DNA of 56,579 nucleotides from an uncultured Bdellovibrionales bacterium (lineage in GTDB: Bacteria > Patescibacteriota > Minisyncoccia > Moranbacterales > UBA1568): the NCBI GenBank assembly GCA_964488025.1, contig CAZATJ010000001.1, positions 73,104-129,682 on the forward strand, written 5' to 3'. The translations under genes were made by a program, and so were the position numbers. Position 1 is the stretch's first letter; every line of letters starts with the position of its first letter. Positions 1 to 8,167 of this stretch are shown piece by piece. The notes under the pieces are model-generated. The model ran no database searches, was not told the origin of the DNA, and saw only the letters and a list, made by a program, of their open reading frames with translations.

Positions 1-258
1 GATCCCGAACTTGGGGTGTCGATTGTCGACCTGGGGCTCATCTATGGTATTGTCGTTTCCAAAGAGGGCGTCTGCACTATCACCATGACCTTGACCACTA
101 TCGGCTGCCCGCTTTTCGGCCAAATCCAGAAGGAAATTGAGGATCGCGTCATGGAACTCGAAGTGATAGAAGAAGTTATTGTGGATCTCACTTTCGACCC
201 CCCTTGGTCAGCCGACAAAATGACCGAGGAAGCAAAAATTCAGCTCGGACTCGATTAA
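1..258 (+). CDS. DUF59/SufT-like metal-sulfur cluster assembly protein, 5'-truncated by window edge
   Basis: Frame is open from base 1 (DPELGVSIVDLGLIY...TMTLTTIGCP...FDPPWS); the DPE, DLGLIY, LTxxGCP and PPW motifs are typical of DUF59. Confidence 0.9.
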   Translation, partial: DPELGVSIVDLGLIYGIVVSKEGVCTITMTLTTIGCPLFGQIQKEIEDRVMELEVIEEVIVDLTFDPPWSADKMTEEAKIQLGLD

Positions 259-291
259 AAAAACCGCCCCTCGATACGCTCCGGGGCGGTT
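257..291 (-). terminator. Intrinsic terminator between convergent genes
   Basis: AACCGCCCC (262-270) / GGGGCGGTT (283-291) stem; the A-run at 257-263 gives a U-tract on the minus strand downstream of korB. Confidence 0.75.
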
Positions 292-295
292 CTGT

Positions 296-1153
296 CTAGC
301 GATAAGTTTGCAGAAGATCGGCAAGTACCTGTTCGTCTCTTCCTCGCTCATAGAGCGGCTCCGTGCCTCCTCGTACTACCGTTTCATAGGTCGGTCGTCC
401 TGTCTTCTGATAGAGAATGCCCAGCGCCATCCGCTCCATATCAAATGCCAAAGCGAGTGCCTTCATCTTGTCTTCTTTGTCATGTGCCTCATCAAGATAA
501 AAAGTGTTCTGCTTGAACCACTGGTAGGTATTCTGTTTATTAAAGACAACACACGGCTGAAAGACATCCACCAAAGCATACCCCTGGTGTTGTATCGCTG
601 CCTTGATAATTTCCTTTGATTGCATGATATCCCCGGCAAAGACACGCGCCACGAAGGTCGCACCAAGCGTAATCGCGGTCGCAAGCGGATTGAACGGCTC
701 CATCACGACGCCTCCCACCTGCACCGGCGTCTTCATTCCTTTTTCAGATGTCGGTGACGCCTGACCCTTAGTCAGTCCATACACCATATTGTTATGGACG
801 ATGTTAGTAATATCGGGATTGCGCCTGATGGCATGGAGAAAGTGATTTCCTCCCTCACCATAGGTATCACCATCACCGCTCTCGGCAATGACCGTGAGTT
901 TCGGATTGGCGATTTTGATAGCGGTTGCTGGTGGAAGCGCCCGACCATGAAGGCCATTGAAGTAATGGACACGCAAGTAATGCGGTGTCTTAGCCGCCTG
1001 CCCGATACCGGAACACATCACCACATCCTGAGGGAGGATGTCGAGTTCCGAGAGTGCCATCTTCACGATATTGATGATAGGAAAATTACCACAGCCCGGA
1101 CACCAGGCCATGTCAGTCTCTTTCGGCATGTCGTACAATTTCTTGTCAATCAT
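296..1153 (-). CDS. korB: 2-oxoacid:ferredoxin oxidoreductase beta subunit
   Basis: WCPGCG, SGIGQ, HGR and TPP-binding GDGD...N motifs, GQASPT; follows the alpha subunit. Confidence 0.93.
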   Translation of the reverse strand: MIDKKLYDMPKETDMAWCPGCGNFPIINIVKMALSELDILPQDVVMCSGIGQAAKTPHYLRVHYFNGLHGRALPPATAIKIANPKLTVIAESGDGDTYGEGGNHFLHAIRRNPDITNIVHNNMVYGLTKGQASPTSEKGMKTPVQVGGVVMEPFNPLATAITLGATFVARVFAGDIMQSKEIIKAAIQHQGYALVDVFQPCVVFNKQNTYQWFKQNTFYLDEAHDKEDKMKALALAFDMERMALGILYQKTGRPTYETVVRGGTEPLYERGRDEQVLADLLQTYR

Positions 1154-1171
1154 AGAAATAGCTTTTAGCCA

Positions 1172-2875
1172 TCAACTGATAGCGGTAAGTTTCCGAACAA
1201 CTTCCTCGACAGAGAACGGGTCACCATCATACTTCAAAATATTTTCCGAAATTTCCACATCATATTCCAACTTGAGAAGATTAGCAAACTGTCCGGTAGC
1301 GTTATTTTCCATCACAATAATCTTTTTCTTCGCAAAAAATTTCTTGGCCTTGACTGGAAGCGGATACACCTGATGGAAATGGAGCGCCGCTATATTTTCT
1401 CGCTTGGTAAGTGGCAGCGCTTCCTCAATTACGCCGCGATTTGACCCCCAAATCACCACGAGCACATCGGCTCCGGCGACATCACCGATCTCGGTCGGCA
1501 TGAGCGCCTCCTGGCGGATACCCGAGAACTTGGACAGGCGCTTCTCGTGCATAGCCAAACGCACCGTCGCACTTTCAGTAATATGGGCCGCCTCATCATG
1601 CTCATCGCTATCGACGCCGACCAAACCCTCGCCATAGCCCGGTACTCCGCGAGGCGATATGCCATTTTTCATCAAAGCATAGCGCTGATATTCAGGCTTG
1701 GTAATCACGATATGATTCTTCATTTTAACACGTTGCAGATTCTCCTCCGGAAAACTAGAGAGGGAATCCAAAAGATACTGATCTGTCAGAATAAACACCG
1801 GTATCTGATAGGTGTCGGCGATATGAAAGGCCTGCTGTGCTACCAAAAAACATTCTTCCGGAGTCCCCGGAGCGAAAATAGCGCGCGGAAACTCGCCGTG
1901 GCCAGCGTACAACACCAGGTTAAGATCAGCCTGTTCAGTGCGGGTCGGCAGTCCGGTAGCCGGTCCCGGACGCTGTCCGATGTGTACCACAATCGGCGTC
2001 TCAATCATACCGGAGAGACTCACCCCTTCGGTCATAAGGTCAAACCCTCCACCCGAAGTAGTCACGATTGCCCGCGCCCCAGCGTACCAGGCCCCCAGCC
2101 CCTGATTGATGGCAGCAATCTCATCTTCCGCCTGATCCACCGCTATCCCAAACCGTTCGCCCTGTTCCGCCAAAAAAGTCAACAATCCGGTTCCGGGCGA
2201 CATCGGGTAGGAAGAAACATAGTTACAACCGGCAGAGAGCGTTCCAAGTCCAAGCGCCGTAACACCATCCATAAGTAGCTCCTGTTTCACTTTTTCCTCA
2301 CGCTTCAATTCCACCTCGATACCGGCATCATACGCTACGTGTCTTCCGAAACCATATCCCTTTTCGGCCGCCTCGATATTTTTGGCTACCACTTCCTCCC
2401 CCTTGCGGGAAAAATGCTCCCGTAAATAGTCTTCGAAAATTTTCTTATCGGCGTTGAGAATGCCCAGTGCTACCCCGACCGCCACCGTGCTGGTATAGAG
2501 AGGATTGCCCAATTCATTGGCAAACTGCGTGAATGGGATATTGATGACCGGACACGTCGTCATGGTACACACTTTTTCCCGCTCGCCAAGTATGATAGTA
2601 TCCTTGCTGATACGGTGTTCTAGATGCGGCAGAACATCCTTATCCATGGCAAATAAGAGATCAATACGCTCCACAAAAGCCCTCCGTGGCGTGTTGGTCA
2701 CGCGGATTTCGGTCGAGTTGCTGCCACCACGGATGCGCGACATGTACTCCTTGATAGCGAAGACGTGGTAGCCTTCGCGCTTGAGTACCGAGACAAGAAG
2801 TGCCTCAACGGTCTGCACCCCCTGTCCGGCCGCCCCACCCAAAACGATTGAAACATCTCCGGAAAATCTTTTCAT
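1172..2875 (-). CDS. korA: 2-oxoacid:ferredoxin oxidoreductase alpha subunit (gamma-alpha fusion)
   Basis: GGAAGQGVQT, EYMSRIRGG, YPMSP, EDEIAA, TSGGG, RPGPATGLPT motifs; substrate specificity cannot be determined from sequence. Confidence 0.93.
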   Translation of the reverse strand: MKRFSGDVSIVLGGAAGQGVQTVEALLVSVLKREGYHVFAIKEYMSRIRGGSNSTEIRVTNTPRRAFVERIDLLFAMDKDVLPHLEHRISKDTIILGEREKVCTMTTCPVINIPFTQFANELGNPLYTSTVAVGVALGILNADKKIFEDYLREHFSRKGEEVVAKNIEAAEKGYGFGRHVAYDAGIEVELKREEKVKQELLMDGVTALGLGTLSAGCNYVSSYPMSPGTGLLTFLAEQGERFGIAVDQAEDEIAAINQGLGAWYAGARAIVTTSGGGFDLMTEGVSLSGMIETPIVVHIGQRPGPATGLPTRTEQADLNLVLYAGHGEFPRAIFAPGTPEECFLVAQQAFHIADTYQIPVFILTDQYLLDSLSSFPEENLQRVKMKNHIVITKPEYQRYALMKNGISPRGVPGYGEGLVGVDSDEHDEAAHITESATVRLAMHEKRLSKFSGIRQEALMPTEIGDVAGADVLVVIWGSNRGVIEEALPLTKRENIAALHFHQVYPLPVKAKKFFAKKKIIVMENNATGQFANLLKLEYDVEISENILKYDGDPFSVEEVVRKLTAIS

Positions 2876-2918
2876 GTCCGTTTTTCTTTTGACTCCATTA
2901 TAACACGTCCCCTCCCTC

Positions 2919-3671
2919 CTAAGAAAAGAATCCGGCCAGCTGGGTCACGATAACCAAAGCGGCCAGCGCTACCATGACACCGATGATGGAATATTGCACG
3001 ATTTTCTTACCAGTATTGATGCGTTCCTCGTCCCCGGCCGAAGTGAGATACATAAGTCCGCCGACAACCAGCATGATAATGCCGACCACCCCGACCACAG
3101 AAAGAAGGAAATTGAGCACACTGGTCGCGATTTCGGCCAGTGTCTTCGAGGTAGCAACCGCTCCAGCGGCAATCGGTCCCCAACCAAGAACCTCCCCAAT
3201 CTGCTTCAAGAAAGAAGGAGCGGCAATACCAAGCGCCAGACCAATCAAAGCTGCCGTAATGACGCTCTTGGCCGTTGTGAGTCGACCTTCATCTCCGGCC
3301 GCGGTCATATAGAGAATCCCACCGATGACGATGAAAATGAGAGAAAGAATGGCGATGATAGCCTGAAGCGATCCGAGCAGCGAATCAAGCACTCCTTCGA
3401 CCGTGGTGAATGCGACAGGATTATTGACTTGCACGGCAACTATCTGCGGTGCCGTTGGTGCCGTCTGTCTACAACAAGTGGTAAGACTGTCATTACAGAG
3501 GCCGATTGGTGTTTCATCTGGAAACCCAGAACACGTCGCTGACGGACGACAGGTCTCACCGGCACCAATACAAGCAACCGCCAGGGCTGGCGGTGCCGAA
3601 AAAAAAGCAATGGATGAAAACGAAAAAATGCTCAAAAAGAAGAACAGGGTCATTAGATATCGGTACGACAT
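2919..3671 (-). CDS. VirB2/TrbC-like pilin with two pilin domains and an N-terminal six-Cys head
   Basis: Signal peptide, Cys-rich segment, then two hydrophobic hairpins each containing Y(M/L)T(A/S)AGDE. Confidence 0.8.
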   Translation of the reverse strand: MSYRYLMTLFFFLSIFSFSSIAFFSAPPALAVACIGAGETCRPSATCSGFPDETPIGLCNDSLTTCCRQTAPTAPQIVAVQVNNPVAFTTVEGVLDSLLGSLQAIIAILSLIFIVIGGILYMTAAGDEGRLTTAKSVITAALIGLALGIAAPSFLKQIGEVLGWGPIAAGAVATSKTLAEIATSVLNFLLSVVGVVGIIMLVVGGLMYLTSAGDEERINTGKKIVQYSIIGVMVALAALVIVTQLAGFFS

Positions 3672-3696
3672 AGTTTTTCACAATTCCTCTAAAAAA

Positions 3697-4293
3697 TTAA
3701 GCGAAGAAATTAGCAATCTGGGTGACAATCACTAAGGCGGACAGCGCTACTATGATACCGATGATGGAATAGGTGACGATTTTTTTGCCCGCTTCGGCTT
3801 TGCTTTCATCACCGGCCGCCGTCAAATACGTCATGCCGCCCACTACGAGCATAATGACCGCGATGACTCCAACGATGGAAAGAAGGAAGTTGAGCACCTT
3901 GAGCGCTACCGAACTGAGTGTCGGAGCAGCCACCAAAGCCGCGTCCACCGCACCCCAACCAAGTACACCGGCAATTTCTTTCAAGAATGATGGGGCGGCA
4001 ATACCAAGCGCCAGACCGATCAAAGCTGCCGAGATGGCGCTCTTAGCCAGTGTCATGCGCGACTCATTCCCAGCCGAGGTGATATACAGCACCGCCCCGA
4101 TAATAATAAATATGATTGCCAAAACCACGATAATCCCCTGCATGGCACTGAGTGCCGAACTGAGCACTCCCTCTAAAGTGTTGAACTTGAGAGGGTTGGC
4201 ATAGCTCGCTGCGGAAACGCTCCCGACGAGAGAAAAAAAGACTACCGATGTTACGACACCACTGAACCAAATCCGAAACCTATCGTAAAGCAT
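3697..4293 (-). CDS. VirB2/TrbC-like pilin with two pilin domains
   Basis: YITSAGNE and YLTAAGDE hairpins; close paralogue of 2919-3671. Start moved to ATG 4293 to avoid overlap with the upstream gene. Confidence 0.8.
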   Translation of the reverse strand: MLYDRFRIWFSGVVTSVVFFSLVGSVSAASYANPLKFNTLEGVLSSALSAMQGIIVVLAIIFIIIGAVLYITSAGNESRMTLAKSAISAALIGLALGIAAPSFLKEIAGVLGWGAVDAALVAAPTLSSVALKVLNFLLSIVGVIAVIMLVVGGMTYLTAAGDESKAEAGKKIVTYSIIGIIVALSALVIVTQIANFFA

Positions 4294-4309
4294 AAGAAGT
4301 TTCTTGGAA

Positions 4310-4702
4310 TTAAAATGTCGATGAACCACCAAAGGCCGCGATAACAGCCGTCAGAATGACCAAACCGGAAAGGGCTACAATCACCCCGATAATCGAATAT
4401 TTCATGTTGCGCTTGGCGGTCGAAATCTGATCGTCGTCACCGGCCGACGTCAGATACTGGATGCCGGAAATAACAAAAGCAATAACTGCCAAAAAGCCAA
4501 GAATGCCAAAAAGCCAGTTCATCACCACCCCAAGAACGTAGGAGACCGATGAAGCTGAAAGACCACTCGTCGTCGGAAGACAGACGCCGCTTCCAGTCGT
4601 ATCGAAATAATCTGTCGGGCAGACCACCGCCTGCGCTGGCGAGGAAACAAGCATCAGCCCTCCGAACGCAAAGAAAAAAATGAAAACCAGTGTTCGAAAC
4701 AT
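4310..4702 (-). CDS. VirB2/TrbC-like pilin with a two-Cys N-terminal loop
   Basis: Signal peptide ending AQA, CPTDYFDTTGSGVC loop, YLTSAGDDD hairpin. Confidence 0.8.
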   Translation of the reverse strand: MFRTLVFIFFFAFGGLMLVSSPAQAVVCPTDYFDTTGSGVCLPTTSGLSASSVSYVLGVVMNWLFGILGFLAVIAFVISGIQYLTSAGDDDQISTAKRNMKYSIIGVIVALSGLVILTAVIAAFGGSSTF

Positions 4703-4766
4703 AGTATTTTTTATTTTGTTTGAACTTTAAAAAGAAAGACCTACCTTTATGGTACTCGTTTTGACC

Positions 4767-4806
4767 AAAAAAAACAATCCCGTTCGGACGACTCCAAACA
4801 GGATTG
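4767..4806 (-). terminator. Intrinsic terminator after the putative major pilin
   Basis: Minus strand CAATCCTGTTTGGA-GTCG-TCCGAACGGGATTG (14 bp including G-U pairs) followed by a T-run. Confidence 0.8.
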
Positions 4807-4824
4807 CCTTTTGGTAATGTGCCA

Positions 4825-5193
4825 CTAGAACGTTGTGCTTCCGCCAGTAAAAAATGCCTGGGCAGCACTGAAAATCACGAGACCGAGCATAGCGACAATA
4901 ACGCCGACGATCGAATAGACCATGGCATTCTTGGCCTTGCTGATCTGATCCTCATCACCAGCTGCGGTGAGATAGAGGATCCCGGAGATAACGAAACCGA
5001 TGATCGCCAAGAAACCGATGATGCCGAACAACCAATACATCAGCTGCTGAACGAGAAGGGTGATGCTGGTACCCGTCAGTCCGGATTTTGCAGCGTTAGC
5101 CTGCCCTACGCTTACCTGAGCGCCTGCGACTGCCGGAGCCAAGGCAACCGCTGCCGAGACCGCTCCGTACAAAGCGTTTTTAATTTTATTCAT
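4825..5193 (-). CDS. VirB2/TrbC-like pilin, probable major subunit
   Basis: Ala-rich signal peptide, YLTAAGDED hairpin, perfect Shine-Dalgarno upstream and own terminator downstream. Confidence 0.82.
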   Translation of the reverse strand: MNKIKNALYGAVSAAVALAPAVAGAQVSVGQANAAKSGLTGTSITLLVQQLMYWLFGIIGFLAIIGFVISGILYLTAAGDEDQISKAKNAMVYSIVGVIVAMLGLVIFSAAQAFFTGGSTTF

Positions 5194-5199
5194 AAATTC

Positions 5200-5240
5200 T
5201 CACCTCCTTTCAGTGTCTTTATCCGAATCATTCGGATAAA
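5200..5240 (-). promoter_or_regulatory. Perfect SD (AAAGGAGGTGA) preceded by a 23-bp palindrome
   Basis: tcacctccttt at 5200-5210; TTTATCCGAAT-C-ATTCGGATAAA at 5218-5240. Confidence 0.7.
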
Positions 5241-5261
5241 AGTTTTCTTTTTGCTTTTTGT

Positions 5262-5564
5262 TTAGGCGAACCAACTTCCTATCTGCGATAAAAATATCAA
5301 TGCCGAGAACGCGATCACCGTACCGATAACACAGGCGAGTGCCGCCTGCTTAGCCAACCTGATACGCCTCTCATCACCTTCGGCCGTCAGATACCAGGTG
5401 CCCGCTATAACTACCCCAATTATACCAACAACTCCCGCAATTGACAATAAAAAATTAAGTATATTAACGAGCGCTTCCGACAAAGGCGTGGCGTCGGTAA
5501 TTGATCCGGCCGCCCGAGCCTTCCAAATGAAGGAGAGGTATTCCATATGCTTGAGAGAAAACAA
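5262..5564 (-). CDS. VirB2/TrbC-like pilin (short; start uncertain)
   Basis: LNFLLSIAGVVGII...WYLTAEGDE hairpin shared with neighbours. Confidence 0.72.
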   Translation of the reverse strand: MFSLKHMEYLSFIWKARAAGSITDATPLSEALVNILNFLLSIAGVVGIIGVVIAGTWYLTAEGDERRIRLAKQAALACVIGTVIAFSALIFLSQIGSWFA

Positions 5565-6020
5565 TCAACGGTTGGCATTAGAACTGACATCGCAGGAAAA
5601 CTCAAAAGTCCCGCCCTTAATCAGTCCGCCGAGTGGTTTGCTCATATCGCTCGTATCCACCAGAATGGTCAGGATAACATTAACGATGAGCCAGGCTGAG
5701 AGCATTACTCCAAATCCGATAAGAGCGGCCATAATCCCCCCCTTGGCCGTCTGCATCATCCCAGGATTCCCCGCGGACGTCACGTAGAGTACTGCCATAG
5801 CGAACAGCACGGTGATGGCGATAACCGTCATGATACCCAATCCCCAGGTAATGAAACTATTTCCCCCGACGATGATGTGACACACCGTGCAAGGAGCCGT
5901 TTCCGCCGAGGTGCCGGAACTCTTGCCGCAGGGAACGAGACCAGCGGCTTCTGTCCGGTCAGGTACTACGATTAAAGACACCGAAAAAAAGAAAAGGAGA
6001 ATTATCAGAAAACGCTTCAT
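5565..6020 (-). CDS. VirB2/TrbC-like pilin with GLVPCG...PCTVCH head
   Basis: Signal peptide, four Cys, YVTSAGNP hairpin. Confidence 0.78.
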   Translation of the reverse strand: MKRFLIILLFFFSVSLIVVPDRTEAAGLVPCGKSSGTSAETAPCTVCHIIVGGNSFITWGLGIMTVIAITVLFAMAVLYVTSAGNPGMMQTAKGGIMAALIGFGVMLSAWLIVNVILTILVDTSDMSKPLGGLIKGGTFEFSCDVSSNANR

Positions 6021-6073
6021 GACTTTTGCATGCTTAGTGTTTCACTTATTTGCATTTTACCACGGAAAGAAAG

Positions 6074-6103
6074 AAAAGAACACCTTGTACAAGATGTTCT
6101 TTT
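6074..6103 (-). terminator. typA terminator
   Basis: AAAAGAACA(C)CTTG-TA-CAAG(A)TGTTCTTTT inverted repeat just downstream of the typA stop. Confidence 0.7.
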
Positions 6104-6122
6104 GCTGAATATCTCTCCTTTC

Positions 6123-7910
6123 CTATTTTTTTCTCCCTGCTTTGGTACGATCCGTTTCGGTAAGAAGCTGCTTACGCAGACGGGTGCTGCGTGGGGTCAC
6201 CTCAAGATACTCATCGGCAAGAATAATTTCCAATCCTCGTTCGATGGTTATTTCGAGCGGTGGCGTAAGTTTGATAGCCTCATCGGTTCCGGAAGAACGC
6301 ATGTTGCTCATCGCTTTCCCCTTAATCGGATTGACTGCCATGTCGGTTCCCTTCGTGACATTCCCCACCACCATACCCTCGTACACTTCCGCCGAAGGAG
6401 CAATATAGAGCACTCCCCGTTCCTGAAGATTATTCAATGAAAAAGCGAGGGCTTTCCCGGTCGCCATCGAAACCATCGATCCCACTTCACGTGACTTTAT
6501 CTCTCCAGCGAAAGGGCGAAATCCCAAGACACGCGAATACAGCGTTCCTTCGCCACGGGTATCCACCATAAATTCACCACGATAGCCGAGCAGCCCCCGC
6601 GTTGGCACTTCAAAAATGAGCCGAGTATAGCCACCCGATCCCTCCTTCATTTCCATCATGATACCTTTGCGTTTCCCCATTTTCTCGATAACCGTGCCGG
6701 AAACTTCAAGCGGGCACTCGACAGTCACTTCCTCAAACGGTTCCGATTTCACGCCATCGACATCCTTGATGATGACCTGCGGTTGAGACACCTGGACCTC
6801 ATACCCTTCGCGCCGCATATTCTCAAGCAAAATGGCAACATGCAATTCTCCGCGCCCATAAACCTTGTAGTGATCATCAGCAAAATCGATCTTCAGCCCC
6901 ACATTTATTTCCAGTTCTTTTTCTAGACGTTCACGAAGCTGCTTGTTGGTCACGTATTTTCCCTCACGTCCGGCAAACGGAGAATCATTGACGAGAAAAT
7001 TAAGCGAAATAGTCGGCTCATCGATAGCGATAATCGGAAGGAGTTCCTGGAAATGCGTCGCACAAATCGTATCACCAATATCAATGCCTGGAAGTCCGGC
7101 AATCATAACGATATCTCCCGCTTCGGCGATAGAGGATTCGACTCGCTCCAGGCCGCGAAAAGTGAAGAGTTTCACGATTCGTCCCGTCTCGCTCTTTCCA
7201 GAGATGCTCCGCACCAGTACCTGGTCATTCACCCGAAGCGTTCCCTCATATACCCGAGCCACCGCCAAACGGCCGACGAAATTATCGTATCCAAGATTGA
7301 ATGGTTGGGCACGAAGCGGTTTCTCGGTTTCATGTGCCGCTGGCAATACCTTGGCAAGAATAGTGTCCAAAAGTGGCGAAAGATCCTTGCCTTGGTCTGC
7401 GAGTGAAAGCTTGGCGATACCCTCACGAGCGATGGCATAGACCACCTTGAAATCAAGCTGATCATCATCAGCTCCTAGATCGAGAAATAGCTCATACACC
7501 ATCTCCTCAACAATTTCCGGACGGGCCGCCGGTTTATCAATCTTGTTTAACACCACGATTGGGCGAAGGCCCAGCTCAAGAGACTTCTTCAAAACAAAGC
7601 GCGTCTGCGGCATCGGCCCCTCCTGGGCATCCACGACCAACACAACACTGTCGATAGAGCGCAACACCCGCTCCACCTCGGAACCGAAATCCGCATGCCC
7701 AGGGGTATCGACAATATTAATTTTCGTATCCTTATAGAAAAGAGCGGCGTTTTTAGCATAAATAGTAATCCCCCGCTCCTGCTCCAAGGCATTAGAATCC
7801 ATAGAAACGCTGTCAGACGTTATCATCCCAGTCTGACGCATCAAAGCATCCGTCAGGGTTGTCTTTCCATGATCCACATGAGCGATGATGGCGATATTTC
7901 TAATTTCCAT
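6123..7910 (-). CDS. typA: Translational GTPase TypA/BipA
   Basis: [34 protein letters not shown]; start placed at MEIRN (ATG 7910) rather than the ORF-track start 8027. Confidence 0.96.
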   Translation of the reverse strand: MEIRNIAIIAHVDHGKTTLTDALMRQTGMITSDSVSMDSNALEQERGITIYAKNAALFYKDTKINIVDTPGHADFGSEVERVLRSIDSVVLVVDAQEGPMPQTRFVLKKSLELGLRPIVVLNKIDKPAARPEIVEEMVYELFLDLGADDDQLDFKVVYAIAREGIAKLSLADQGKDLSPLLDTILAKVLPAAHETEKPLRAQPFNLGYDNFVGRLAVARVYEGTLRVNDQVLVRSISGKSETGRIVKLFTFRGLERVESSIAEAGDIVMIAGLPGIDIGDTICATHFQELLPIIAIDEPTISLNFLVNDSPFAGREGKYVTNKQLRERLEKELEINVGLKIDFADDHYKVYGRGELHVAILLENMRREGYEVQVSQPQVIIKDVDGVKSEPFEEVTVECPLEVSGTVIEKMGKRKGIMMEMKEGSGGYTRLIFEVPTRGLLGYRGEFMVDTRGEGTLYSRVLGFRPFAGEIKSREVGSMVSMATGKALAFSLNNLQERGVLYIAPSAEVYEGMVVGNVTKGTDMAVNPIKGKAMSNMRSSGTDEAIKLTPPLEITIERGLEIILADEYLEVTPRSTRLRKQLLTETDRTKAGRKK

Positions 7911-7971
7911 ATCCGTTCTCTTATCTGTTACGTTGAAAATATAAGTGGTGTCCACCTTGAAACAATAACAG

Positions 7972-8046
7972 GTATTCACCCCAGGGCAAGCCCTCCGCCC
8001 AAAAACGAAAACAAGTTTTCGTTTCACTCGCTTCGTTTGGTAATAA
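7972..8046 (-). repeat. Left copy of an inverted repeat pair (partner 10149-10237)
   Basis: Minus strand TTATTACCAAACGAAGCGAGTGAAACGAAA...GTGAATAC; 27/30 identical to the block at 10149-10178. Confidence 0.8.
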
Positions 8047-8049
8047 TCG

Positions 8050-8128
8050 AAAAAAGGCGTTGGAGCGCCTTTTCAAAGACTGGAAAACTGAGCCAGCTCA
8101 TCATACCAGAAAAACTCCCTTCTGGCAA
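8050..8128 (-). promoter_or_regulatory. Sigma70-like promoter followed closely by a terminator-like hairpin upstream of typA
   Basis: TTGCCA (8123-8128), 17 bp, TATGAT (8100-8105) with TGn extension; AAAAGGCG/CGCCTTTTTT hairpin at 8050-8073. Confidence 0.6.
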
Positions 8129-8167
8129 GATGTGCCGTAGAACAAGTTATTCCCCGAACCGAGACTG

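Noticed and set aside
7911-8027. N-terminal extensions proposed by the ORF track for typA (also pnp, tilS, gmk, NYN, SBP and 53106)
   Set aside because: They run through repeats, leaders or upstream genes; homologous sequence begins at the downstream starts used here
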